Source: an uncultured Ignavibacteriales bacterium
GTDB taxonomy: Bacteria > Zixibacteria > MSB-5A5 > GN15 > FEB-12
DNA length: 32,252 nt
Assembly: GCA_964464605.1 (NCBI GenBank)
Contig: CAYXJN010000007.1
Span: forward strand, 186,001-218,252
Reading direction: 5' to 3'
Shown: piece by piece, positions 16,585 through 28,702 of the stretch
How the letters are laid out: each line of letters starts with the position of its first letter
How positions within the stretch are numbered: position 1 is the first letter of the stretch
Notes under the pieces: generated by a model
The model's database searches: none
What the model saw: only the letters and a program-made list of their open reading frames with translations
Told to the model about the DNA's origin: nothing
Position numbers and translations under genes: made by a program

Positions 16585-16690
16585 TTGCTACGCTTTTAGA
16601 AGAACTGTGGCCATTTTTCGCGATTTTTTGTGGGAGTTATCCAATACCTGATAGACTTTTGGTCAGGGTGGCGATGTCACCCTTTATCGT

Positions 16691-16720
16691 TTGACATTTA
16701 CTAAGCAGAGTCATTATGCT
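16691..16720 (+). promoter_or_regulatory. sigma70-type promoter
   Basis: TTGACA-18 nt-TATGCT, 9 nt before GTG 16730. Confidence 0.55.
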
Positions 16721-16729
16721 GTTTTCATT

Positions 16730-17263
16730 GTGGGCAAAAAAAGTTCGACTAAATCAGATGGCGGCAGTGCAGTACCGTGGAAGTCGATCGGATGGATCGG
16801 GTTCGCGATAGTTTTCATTATACTTTTTCGCGGTGAAATCGGAATCTTGATAACGAAGATCGGGGAGTTTTCATTCAAAGGACCCGGTGTCGAATTTGGA
16901 TTCAAAGTAAAAAGCCTCGAAGCCGCCGCCAAAGATATCCCGATTACTATTCCCGAAGATTCAGTGTTACATATTCCTGACAGCGTTTCGCAAACAATCC
17001 TCGCGCTGAAAGATTCAATCCCGCCGGAAACATTGGCCACCCGCCCTGACCTGCTTTTGAAAATCGGCGTGGTGGAACATGTTAGGGGAGATTCGGCAGA
17101 GGCGATGACATTTTTCCAAGCGGCAGAACTTCAGGCCGACAAAACCGGCGATAGAACGATCAAACAAGCCGCGTCTGCCAATATCCAAACGGCACGCATG
17201 CAGGCAGGTGTCAGTCCCCAACTCAGAATCGGCAGTGAGTTGATACGAAGGGATAGTTCGTAA
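16730..17263 (+). CDS. single-pass membrane protein with C-terminal TPR-like helices
   Basis: TM segment WIGFAIVFIILF and TPR-like LLKIGVVEHVRGDSAEAMTFFQAA. The ORF-track TTG start at 16691 coincides with a -35 box, so GTG 16730 is preferred. Confidence 0.6.
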   Translation: MGKKSSTKSDGGSAVPWKSIGWIGFAIVFIILFRGEIGILITKIGEFSFKGPGVEFGFKVKSLEAAAKDIPITIPEDSVLHIPDSVSQTILALKDSIPPETLATRPDLLLKIGVVEHVRGDSAEAMTFFQAAELQADKTGDRTIKQAASANIQTARMQAGVSPQLRIGSELIRRDSS

Positions 17264-17272
17264 ATCTTCTGC

Positions 17273-17349
17273 TCTTGTTACCCCACCAATAGGTGGTTTT
17301 TTTATTTACTAGTTAATCGTTTGAAACCCACAGCAAGGTGTGGGCGACC
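17273..17349. repeat. REP-like composite palindromic unit, copy 1 (degenerate)
   Basis: TCTTGTTACCCCACCAATAGGTGG...TTATTTACTAGTTAATCG...AACCCACAGCAAGGTGTGGGCGACC; aligns with 17418-17495. Confidence 0.8.
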
Positions 17350-17387
17350 TCGTTTGTAAATGTGATATTACTTTTCCTTATCCAACA

Positions 17388-17412
17388 GGTCAAAACCTCT
17401 GTGGTTTTGACC
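17388..17412. repeat. perfect palindrome (REP-like)
   Basis: GGTCAAAACC-tctgt-GGTTTTGACC. Confidence 0.8.
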
Positions 17413-17417
17413 TTCTT

Positions 17418-17495
17418 TCTTGTACCCCACCCAACGGGTGGGTTTTCTTATTTACCAGCTAATCGATTGGAACCCACAGCAAGCTGTGGGCGACC
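17418..17495. repeat. REP-like composite palindromic unit, copy 2
   Basis: CCCACCC-aac-GGGTGGG and CCCACAGC-aa-GCTGTGGG hairpins joined by TTATTTACCAGCTAATCG. Confidence 0.8.
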
Positions 17496-17501
17496 CTGCC
17501 A

Positions 17502-17870
17502 TCAAAGTATCCATTCTAACAAATAGTTACAAATGTATGTGAAGGCAAAAATACCAATAGCAATTAGACTATAACGGAATAACTTTTTCTTCAAAGCTAT
17601 TACAAAAAAGAATAGTGAAAAAAGAAAAATAGAACCTTGAATTAGTGCCGTTGTAGCATATGTACCTGCTGTAGCATAGTGCCATCCTCCATAACCCATC
17701 ATTGCTTCTGAGCCGAAATAATAACTATCTATCGTCAATGGATCGGCAATCACACCGATCTTAAATCCTTCATATATGAGTATGAATGATAGAAGTAAAG
17801 AAAGGGTCAACCCAACTGTAGTTACCGGCAAAAATAGGACTTTTGAAATTGTCGACCATCTTGTTTTCAT
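17502..17870 (-). CDS. hypothetical membrane protein (3 TM), AT-rich
   Basis: 122-aa ORF with three hydrophobic segments and a loop YYFGSEAMMGYGGWHY. Confidence 0.65.
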   Translation of the reverse strand: MKTRWSTISKVLFLPVTTVGLTLSLLLSFILIYEGFKIGVIADPLTIDSYYFGSEAMMGYGGWHYATAGTYATTALIQGSIFLFSLFFFVIALKKKLFRYSLIAIGIFAFTYICNYLLEWIL

Positions 17871-17911
17871 TGAGTCTGAATAATAATGAATGATAGATAG
17901 AAGGCCACTTC

Positions 17912-17948
17912 AAAAAAAACGCCCAGCCTCTTTCGAGACTGAGCGTTT
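17912..17948 (-). terminator. intrinsic terminator of groESL
   Basis: Minus strand AAACGCTCAGTCTC-GAAA-GAGGCTGGGCG followed by a T8 tract. Confidence 0.9.
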
Positions 17949-17972
17949 GTATATACAGCGTAAGCCTGCGGC

Positions 17973-19628
<1,656 letters not shown>

Positions 19629-19922
19629 TTAGCTTTTGGCGATGACTGCGAAGATGTCTGACTCACGCATGATGAGCAGTTCCTGGCCGTCGATTGAAAC
19701 TTCCGTACCGGAATATTTGCCGTAAAGCACCCGGTCACCTTTTTTGACTTCGAGCGGCAGCTTTTTGCCGTCTTCAGAAATCTTGCCCGGGCCGACTTCG
19801 ATAATTTCACCCTGCATCGGTTTTTCTTTGGCGGTATCAGGGATAATGATTGACCCCTTTTTCGCTTCCATCTCTTCAACGGGACGAACAACGACTCGAT
19901 CCGCGAGTGGCTTAATGTTCAT
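19629..19922 (-). CDS. groS: co-chaperonin GroES
   Basis: Motifs [21 protein letters not shown] and [17 protein letters not shown]. Confidence 0.99.
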   Translation of the reverse strand: MNIKPLADRVVVRPVEEMEAKKGSIIIPDTAKEKPMQGEIIEVGPGKISEDGKKLPLEVKKGDRVLYGKYSGTEVSIDGQELLIMRESDIFAVIAKS

Positions 19923-19967
19923 TGCTAAAGACCTCCATTTATTAAGTTAGCTTGTTAATCACTGCTG

Positions 19968-19994
19968 TTAGCACTCACAATTAATGACTGCTAA
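19968..19994. promoter_or_regulatory. CIRCE element (HrcA operator)
   Basis: TTAGCACTC-N9-GACTGCTAA, one mismatch from TTAGCACTC-N9-GAGTGCTAA, upstream of groES. Confidence 0.93.
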
Positions 19995-20001
19995 TAGCAA
20001 T

Positions 20002-20030
20002 AACTTAGACATTTAACGATTTTTTGTCAA
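20002..20030 (-). promoter_or_regulatory. sigma70-type groESL promoter
   Basis: TTGACA-17 nt-TAAGTT, 7 nt upstream of CIRCE. Confidence 0.7.
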
Positions 20031-20175
20031 GAAGGTTCCAAAGGATATTGTGAAAAATTTCTTTTAATGGCAGAAGAAGAAGCAAGCAGTTTGTTCGTAA
20101 TGTATTGCCTTATAATATATTATTATAATTATTATGCGGACTGACAATATGGCATTAAATGACAGTTTTGAAAAT

Positions 20176-20206
20176 AAAAAAACCGCTAACATGAATTAGC
20201 GGCTTT
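20176..20206 (-). terminator. intrinsic terminator after the cytochrome c gene
   Basis: Minus strand CCGCTAA-ttcatg-TTAGCGG followed by T7. Confidence 0.8.
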
Positions 20207-20228
20207 GATCGATTCTGTATGTGCCAGA

Positions 20229-20849
20229 TTAATTCGTCGGCGTTTCGGTTGACGGCGGGACTTCGGACATCGCCGGTGGCATCGGGGCCGGGACTAAATT
20301 CGGTACTGCTGGCAGCGTTCTAATATAGGCAAAGATTGCTTTCAGGTCTTCATCGGTCATTTTCGCCATAGATTCCCAGGGCATCGGCGGAAGAATCATC
20401 CTGCCATCCGGGCTTCCCATATGCTTCCCGGTGTGCATGGCATCAAGAAAATTCTTTTCTGTCCACATGCCGATTCCATGCACGGAATCAGGAGTAAGAT
20501 TCGCGGCGAAGGAAATTCCCCATGGTCCTGCCCAGGCGGTCATATGCACATTACACAGCCCTACCCATCCGTTCATGTCCGGAACGCCAGCCGGCAACGC
20601 CGGTAGCACTGAATTCGCCGGATGACCGGAGAGGAGAATTGACTGATCGAGTGTCGGCATACCGTTTTCACCCATCCGTTTCGGGGTATGACAATCATTA
20701 CAACCACCGACGAGCACCAAGTACTCTCCCCGTTTCACCATTTCTTCTTGTGTGAGCGGCTGGCTGCCTTTCGGCGCGCAAGTAATTTGCACCAAGACAA
20801 CGCCGAATAACAAAAGCATAACAAATGCGGTAATAGTCGATTTTTTCAA
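20229..20849 (-). CDS. exported c-type cytochrome (c-553-like, one CxxCH)
   Basis: RGEYLV...GCNDCHTP, AANLTPD, ILPPMPW and DLKAIFAYI. TTG start at 20849 after AGGAG; possible lipobox ITC. Confidence 0.85.
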   Translation of the reverse strand: MKKSTITAFVMLLLFGVVLVQITCAPKGSQPLTQEEMVKRGEYLVLVGGCNDCHTPKRMGENGMPTLDQSILLSGHPANSVLPALPAGVPDMNGWVGLCNVHMTAWAGPWGISFAANLTPDSVHGIGMWTEKNFLDAMHTGKHMGSPDGRMILPPMPWESMAKMTDEDLKAIFAYIRTLPAVPNLVPAPMPPAMSEVPPSTETPTN

Positions 20850-20966
20850 GAGGCACTCTCCTTGCGTTTTCTGTTCATCCAATGGTTAAAAAACCTGCTT
20901 ACATCCAGAAATACGATACAGTAATACAGGAGTTTCATAGTATTGTTTTTTTGACGGGCTATCAAT

Positions 20967-23439
20967 TTACTCTTTCGCCCCTGCCTGCTCCAATAGCCTG
21001 ATAATGTCACCCCTGTTCTTTTCTCTCGCTATCATCAAAGCCGTGATGCCGTCGAACTTACCGGTCATCTTAATAGTGACATCCGCTCCGGCATCCAAAA
21101 GCAACTGCACAATGTCAGTAGCCCCTTCATAAATGGCAAACATGAGCGGCGTTTGGTTATAGTCGGCAGTCTCATTGACATAGGCACCACGCTTAAGAAG
21201 CGATTTTACGACTGCACTCCGTTTTGCCCCGGCAGCATACATAAGCGGTGAGCGGGAAAAAACATCATCTTTTTGATTCGGATCAGCCCCTTTGGTCAGC
21301 AACATCTCTACGATATCGACATGACCGGCATACGAAGCTGCTATCAATGCGGTCACGCCAGTATCATTGTCAGCTGATAAATCAATACGGTTCTTAAGCA
21401 GCGTTTGTACTTTCTTCATATCCCCTTTTCCGGCTGCTTTAATCAATGCCTGCGCTTCCTCCGGAATCATGACAGTGCTGTCATAGTAGGACTTGCCGGC
21501 TTGCGCGCCGGTTTTTTTCAACAGCTCAATGACATCTTTATACTGGAAATCCTGAGCGATACTTAGGGCTGTTGCCCCGCTCATTTCGCCGATCATTGTA
21601 ATACTCGGGTCTGCACCTGCATCTAAGAGTATCTTAGCCAGATCTTTTGAGCCGACCGCCGCCGCCCACATGAGTGGAGTCTGCTTATAGGAACTGACCG
21701 CATTAACATCAGCGCCGTTTTTCAGCAGCACTTTCACGACATCCGGCTTATTTGCACCAACAGCATACATCAATGCCGTCATACTCAGATCCGTCGTGCG
21801 AAAATCGATTTTAGCACCTGCTTTGATCAGTTTTTCTACTGTCCCGGGATGACCGTTGACCGACGCTAACACCAGTGCGGTGAGCCCATCGTCATTACGG
21901 GCATTGATATTGAGTTCTTTTTTTTGACGCGGATTCGAGGGCGCCATTGTCACCCGAACGAGCAGCGTTGCGCATAATCGCTTCTGCCTCCTCGTTAATC
22001 GGATTACCGCCATCATCAACGGGTTCGGCAGGTATTGCAGCGGGTGCCTGCGCGGTAGTTGGCGGTGGTGTTGTTTCGACTGGGGCAGATTTCGCTACGA
22101 GCGAGCCTGCTTTCCCTCCCGCTTCACTGATCGCAGCAAGCGCTTCATCATATCCGCTGGTGCCGGCATAATTGTATGCCGTCATGCCTTGTTTATCTTC
22201 ATGGTTCGGATCGGCACCGGCAGTAAGTAACAGCCTGATAACATCCGCACGACCATACAACGAGGCAACGATAAGCGGCGTCATACCACCGGTATCCGGA
22301 AGGTTTGGATCTGCTTTTGCAGTAAGCAGTTCTTTGATAACTTCCATATGGCCGTTTGCAGATGCAAAATGCAAGGCAGTCCATCCGCCACGTGTTTGTA
22401 CGTTCACGTTCGCGCCTTTTGCCAAGAACAGGTTAACACAGGCTAACTGCCCAGTTAAGGCTGAAGTGATAAGCGGGGTACTGTTATCTGATGCCGGGCT
22501 ATCGACATTCTGTCCGAGCAGCAAACAGTAAAGTATGGCTGAAGTATCACCGATAGTAGCCGCGGGATAAAGCAGATTCGCTTTGTAGTTCAGAATTGCA
22601 CCGGTTGGATACGCAAGTGCATCGACAATCCCATAATAACCGGCCTGACTAGCATAGTCTGATGCACTCAGCCCGGCGATGTCCCGCAGACTTGGCTCAG
22701 CGCCATAATCCAAAAGAGCCGCGACAACATCCGAAAAGCCCTTTGACGCCGCGTATATCAGAGCAGTGGTGTTGTCCGGGCCGAGCCGGTTCGGATCGGC
22801 ACCCGCTTTGAGCAACAGCAAAACTGAGGATAAATCACCGGCAGCGGATGAATATATCAGCGTGGTAAATCCGTTAAATGCAGTCGCATTCGGGTTGGCT
22901 CCTAATGCCAATAACGCCTGCACCGCTTTTACCTTGCCAAATGCCGCTGCTTGTATGAGTACTGTTTCCCCGGAATCGTTTGTTTGCTCGATTTGGTAGC
23001 CGGCCTGGGCAAGCAGTTTTAATATCTCCCCATTTCCCCGTTGTGCCGCGTCAAACGCAGCCATTCCACCGAACATATTTTTCGCGTTCGGGTTCGCTCC
23101 AGCAGCCAGTAAAGCTTTGACCATCTGAGCATTGCTAATACGGGTAGCCAAGATAAGCGCATTATCCCCGGCGATGTTGGCTCCCTCCACATTGGCTCCG
23201 GCGGCCAAAAGAAATTTGACCGTGCGAAGATTATTGGTAGAAATAGCGACCATAAGTGGTGTTTCAGTGATATCATTCGCGGCGCTTGGATCCGCTCCTT
23301 TTTGCAAGAACTCGCGTAGTTTAGTCGTGTCACCACCGCTAAAGCGTATGGCGTCAAAAAACTCCTTTTTCGTATCCTGCGCAAAAGTCAGAATTGGAAA
23401 CAGAAAAATAATGAGCCCACTGAGTATTCGCTTTGTCAT
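20967..23439 (-). pseudogene. secreted ankyrin-repeat protein split by a +1 frameshift in an A8 run (823 aa if restored)
   Basis: Two overlapping ANK ORFs (21895-23439 and 20967-22019). Removing one A at 21918-21925 joins ...AARSGDNGALESASKK to ELNINARNDDGLTAL, giving an intact repeat. Signal peptide at the N-terminus. Confidence 0.8.
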
Positions 23440-23555
23440 GCTATCCCTTCCTGCGTGTTAAAAAGCATCATGAACTGCGGTAAATTATAGGATGGGTTAC
23501 GCCGGTCAAGTGAGTTCTTAAGCAGGCGGAATCCGTCAGAAAATGACCGAAACAA

Positions 23556-24659
23556 CTAATTCCCGGCGGGCATTTTCTTATTCTTCTTCAGGTATTTCAA
23601 GAAGGAGTCCATGCTTTGTGATTCGGCAAACTTGCGAATGCGACGGAACCCCTCGCCGTACAAAAAGTCCGTATCGGCTTCAGCCGATTGTCGAATATAC
23701 TCAGCCTCTTTTGAAGTGAAATCATTCATAACAAGCCATCCGATATAGCTGATACTACCGGTATGAAGCATCTGCTCTGCGTTCTTTTTGCCAAACCGAA
23801 ACAGCCAAAGACTCATCATGGACTGGGATAAAATGTACGCGGCTTCGGCTCTTGGAAGACCGTACAGCAAATACACGTCTACCTGCCGGTCGACCGGAAT
23901 AAGACCAAACACAACCCGGCTCTCTTTAAACGCAGCATATCCCTTGAAACGAAGGCTATTTGAGTTTCCGATTTCGGCCAACTCGCCTCGGTAGACCAGG
24001 TGGTTGTCGGCTGCATCGAATGGGACATCGATACCTTTGTTCAACAGCGATTGACGAATTTCCTGAACCAGTTGATTCATTTGTTCGAGGGTGGTGATTG
24101 CTGTTTTCCCGCAAAGTCCGCATATCCAGCGACCGTCGAAGTACATTTGGCCGCTATCAGAGGCGGCACAAACAAATCTCTGGCATGACACACATTCCGG
24201 CACGTGTCCGCGATGTGACAAATGATATTGATTTCCCCAGTAATCCGTGATGTATTGTCCTTCGATAATTTCACGACAGACCGTGCAGTGAAGCGCGACC
24301 TTATTGTTGTAGCAGGAATCATGGTAGCTCTTCCCTTCAAATGTAACATACCTGCTATCAATTATAGTACTGCATGCGGCACATCTGGGGCCAAAGAGTT
24401 CGAAATAACAGGTCTGGTCATAGTGTTTATCCTTCTCTTTAAAATACTTCTCACCCCCAATCGATTTGTCGCAATTGGCACAGCGAAAATGGGTGGCACA
24501 GTAATAGTTCCCGTCTACCTCAAAAAACCGAGTCGTCTGCACCGGTTTCTTGCAATAACCGCAGATTTTTTCAGCGGCTAAAAGCGTATCAACGGAAATG
24601 AGGCAGAAGACAGAAAGGAACAAAAGAAAAGATAATCGCCGTACGATGCGTGTAGTCAC
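23556..24659 (-). CDS. secreted LIM-domain + DA1-like protein with degenerate metallopeptidase site
   Basis: Signal peptide, tandem CxxC...H/C zinc fingers, and DA1 hallmarks LLYGLPR and YGEGFR. The HEMMH position reads QSMMS. Confidence 0.8.
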   Translation of the reverse strand: MTTRIVRRLSFLLFLSVFCLISVDTLLAAEKICGYCKKPVQTTRFFEVDGNYYCATHFRCANCDKSIGGEKYFKEKDKHYDQTCYFELFGPRCAACSTIIDSRYVTFEGKSYHDSCYNNKVALHCTVCREIIEGQYITDYWGNQYHLSHRGHVPECVSCQRFVCAASDSGQMYFDGRWICGLCGKTAITTLEQMNQLVQEIRQSLLNKGIDVPFDAADNHLVYRGELAEIGNSNSLRFKGYAAFKESRVVFGLIPVDRQVDVYLLYGLPRAEAAYILSQSMMSLWLFRFGKKNAEQMLHTGSISYIGWLVMNDFTSKEAEYIRQSAEADTDFLYGEGFRRIRKFAESQSMDSFLKYLKKNKKMPAGN

Positions 24660-24668
24660 GACCTAACT

Positions 24669-25250
24669 CTAATTCTTTAACAGCGCAGTGTACTTAACAA
24701 TGACAGAACCGAGTTTTTGCACCTGTTCGTCGGTTTTCGGATCCTTTATTTTACCGTTTTCATCGAAAGCTTGATCGGCACGGGGGATCATCACTTGATT
24801 CGGCAAAACAATCAGACTGACCGCATTCAGCGTTTCGCGGAGCATAATCAATCCGCGCACGCCGCCGAACATCGTGCCGGATGCACTCATTATAACAGCC
24901 GGCTTGTGTAGGAAACTATCGTAACGAGGAACACCGGGAAGCGGGCGGGAAACCCAATCGATCATGTTTTTCAACACGCCGGGAATGCCGTAATTGTACT
25001 CTGGTGATGCGATCATGAAACCGCTATGCGAAAGAAAAATCTCCCGCAGCTTCTTTGCATTTTCCGGCCAGCCGTGAGCAGTTTCAAGGTCAGCGTCGTA
25101 AAGTGGGAGCGGATAGTCACGCAACTCGACAACCGTTACATCAGCGCCCGCGGCCCGCGCGCTATCCGCAGCGATACGAATCAGCTTACGATTAAAGGAT
25201 GCCTCTCGGGTACTCCCTGCGAATGCCACAATGCGCGGTCTTTCGGCCAT
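24669..25250 (-). CDS. NAD(P)H-dependent FMN reductase (ChrR/YieF-like flavoprotein)
   Basis: Motifs FAGSTREASFN, LPLYDADLE and ASPEYNYGIPGVLKNMIDWVSR. Confidence 0.93.
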   Translation of the reverse strand: MAERPRIVAFAGSTREASFNRKLIRIAADSARAAGADVTVVELRDYPLPLYDADLETAHGWPENAKKLREIFLSHSGFMIASPEYNYGIPGVLKNMIDWVSRPLPGVPRYDSFLHKPAVIMSASGTMFGGVRGLIMLRETLNAVSLIVLPNQVMIPRADQAFDENGKIKDPKTDEQVQKLGSVIVKYTALLKN

Positions 25251-25252
25251 GA

Positions 25253-26566
<1,314 letters not shown>

Positions 26567-26738
26567 TTATGTATTGAATAGTGCGATAATAATATGCCGG
26601 AAATGTGACAAAGAAGTCGGGCAGGAGCAAGCAGAAGTTTTCACAAGAATATGACTTGCTCAAACGCCGGTCAAAACGCAATCTTCGCGTTGCATATCCC
26701 ACGAAAACACAGGGTTACAACGAGCGCATAATATAGGT

Positions 26739-28697
26739 ATGACCGAAAACAGAGAAACCGCTTCTCATATCTCCGATTTTTCGAACAATTCGGCACGGAC
26801 AGCCAATATTCTGGTGCTGCTTCTGTGGATTATGCTGGGCATGGTCATCCTCCGCACAGCCTGGGTGAGTGATGATGCCTATATCAGTTTTCGGACAGTC
26901 GATAATTTTGTCAATGGCTATGGATTGCGCTGGAATGTCGATGAGCGCGTACAGAGTTTTACCAACCCGCTTTGGGTACTGTTGATATCTATTCCGTATG
27001 CGATTACCGGTGAAATCTATTACACGTCGATCTTTTTCTCACTGCTCATCGTTTTGCTCACGGCGCTGCTCATTGCACGAAGAATCGCCGTATCACCCTA
27101 CGCTGCACTTATTGCTTTTACCGGATTGATATGCTCTAAAGCGTTTATTGATTATTCGACCTCCGGTTTGGAACAGCCGCTGCTTTACTTTTTGTTCGCC
27201 CTCTTTATCTGGCGGTACGCCAAATTTGACGGTCACGCGAAAACATTCGGCAAGCTGGTACTGATTGCTTCGTTAAGCGCAGTGACTCGCATGGACACGC
27301 TGCTTTTGTATGGACCGGCTTTGCTGGCTCTGTTTTGGCAGTGTCGTTCATGGAAAGCGGTAAAATATGGATTGCTCGGGTTTATTCCGTTTATTAGCTG
27401 GGAGCTGTTTTCAATACTGTACTATGGCTTCCCTTTTCCGAATACTTATTATGCAAAACTGCACGCCGGTATTCCCGCCGAAGCGATGACGCAGCAAGGA
27501 TTCATTTACTATCTCGAAACGCTAAATGCCGATCCGATTACGTTACTCGTGATAGTGAGTGCAACGGTCTTAACTCTTTTTAGAAGAATTTGCGGATACG
27601 CCGCTATCGGACTAGGTATCGCATTGTATTTGTATTACATCGTGAAAGTAGGCGGTGATTTTATGAGCGGACGTTTTTTTGCGCTGCCGCTTTTGGGTAG
27701 CTGCATTCTCTTAAGCAGATATGCATGGGACCGAACGCAGCTTGTCGGTGCAATAGCGGTAATGTTACTCGTCGGTTTTATGGCTCCGTATCCCACACTC
27801 TTATCTAATTCTGCATTTGGCGCAAGCGGCAACAATGGTATCAACCCAACCGGAATTGCTGATGAGCGTGGCTGGTATTATCAAAAAACCGGTTTACTGC
27901 GTGTAAAACGTGATACTGAGATGCCCGAACATGAGTGGGCACAGAAAGGGAAAATATATTCCTTCAAGGGAGACGTGATTGAATACGAAAGCTGCGTCGG
28001 CTTTACTGGTTACTTTGCCGGTCCACGGGTACACATATTTGACGGCTACGCGTTAACCGAACCGCTGCTTGCTCGTCTTCCGGTTAACTTGGAAGAGAAA
28101 TGGAGAATCGGACATCTTCCCCGAACCGCTCCCTTTGGATATCGTAAGACACTTGAAAAAGATAGCAATCAAATCGCTGATAGTAATCTCGCTATTTTCT
28201 ATAACAAGCTCAGCCTCATTACTCGAGGGAATATTTTTAGCGCCCAGCGTTTGCAGGCAATTGCAGCTATGAATCGCGGAAAGTATGACTACTTACTCAA
28301 GAACTATTGGGATGAAACTCCGAAGGAAATCACCTATCAAAAGTTTTCGACACCAAAAGCTGATGGCAGTCCGTGGAATGCACCTGATGCAATCATCATC
28401 CGTCGCGGCGATTTGTTCGTGACACTTGATTCTGTTTCTCATTCACCTACGTTTGAAACCAGTTGCGATCATAATGATTATTATGCGATAAAATTCTTTC
28501 GCGATACTGTGCTGTTGGGTCGAATTGAAATTCTGAAACGAGTTACGCCGGCCGGTAATATGCATATCGAAAAAGGAACGGTTCCTGATTTAGCGCAGAA
28601 GATCGGCTATAATCGTGTACATCTTATAGCAGTTTCAGGCGATGATGCGTACAGTTTTGGTCATCTCCGATTACTGGATACTGTACTTACTAAATAG
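26739..28697 (+). CDS. GT-C fold membrane glycosyltransferase, AftB-like, with extra C-terminal domain
   Basis: SDDAYISFRTVDN..GYGL..N..ERVQ.FTNPLW, SGLE, TRMD, PNTYYAK, GGDFMSGRFF and RIGH; many TM helices. Confidence 0.75.
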   Translation: MTENRETASHISDFSNNSARTANILVLLLWIMLGMVILRTAWVSDDAYISFRTVDNFVNGYGLRWNVDERVQSFTNPLWVLLISIPYAITGEIYYTSIFFSLLIVLLTALLIARRIAVSPYAALIAFTGLICSKAFIDYSTSGLEQPLLYFLFALFIWRYAKFDGHAKTFGKLVLIASLSAVTRMDTLLLYGPALLALFWQCRSWKAVKYGLLGFIPFISWELFSILYYGFPFPNTYYAKLHAGIPAEAMTQQGFIYYLETLNADPITLLVIVSATVLTLFRRICGYAAIGLGIALYLYYIVKVGGDFMSGRFFALPLLGSCILLSRYAWDRTQLVGAIAVMLLVGFMAPYPTLLSNSAFGASGNNGINPTGIADERGWYYQKTGLLRVKRDTEMPEHEWAQKGKIYSFKGDVIEYESCVGFTGYFAGPRVHIFDGYALTEPLLARLPVNLEEKWRIGHLPRTAPFGYRKTLEKDSNQIADSNLAIFYNKLSLITRGNIFSAQRLQAIAAMNRGKYDYLLKNYWDETPKEITYQKFSTPKADGSPWNAPDAIIIRRGDLFVTLDSVSHSPTFETSCDHNDYYAIKFFRDTVLLGRIEILKRVTPAGNMHIEKGTVPDLAQKIGYNRVHLIAVSGDDAYSFGHLRLLDTVLTK

Positions 28698-28702
28698 CAA
28701 CG

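Noticed and set aside
17273..17495. Possible mini CRISPR array or integron attC sites
   Set aside because: There are only two copies about 145 bp apart, the similarity extends through the would-be spacer, no cas gene or integrase is present, and RYYYAAC/GTTRRRY ends are absent.
17338..17526. 62-aa ORF across the repeat cluster
   Set aside because: It is a translation of palindromic repeat DNA with no SD and overlaps the opposite-strand gene end.
20105..20140. AT-rich palindrome ATAATATATTAT resembling a Fur-type box
   Set aside because: It is low-complexity AT sequence with a poor match to the Fur consensus, and is more likely an upstream AT-rich tract of the groES promoter.
20229..20849. 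Diheme or multiheme cytochrome
   Set aside because: Only one CxxCH (CNDCH) is present; CNVH is not a heme-binding motif.
21920..22019. Independent start (MMMAVIRL...) for the second ankyrin ORF
   Set aside because: The first 34 residues are not ankyrin-like and overlap the upstream ORF; the frameshift explains the data better.
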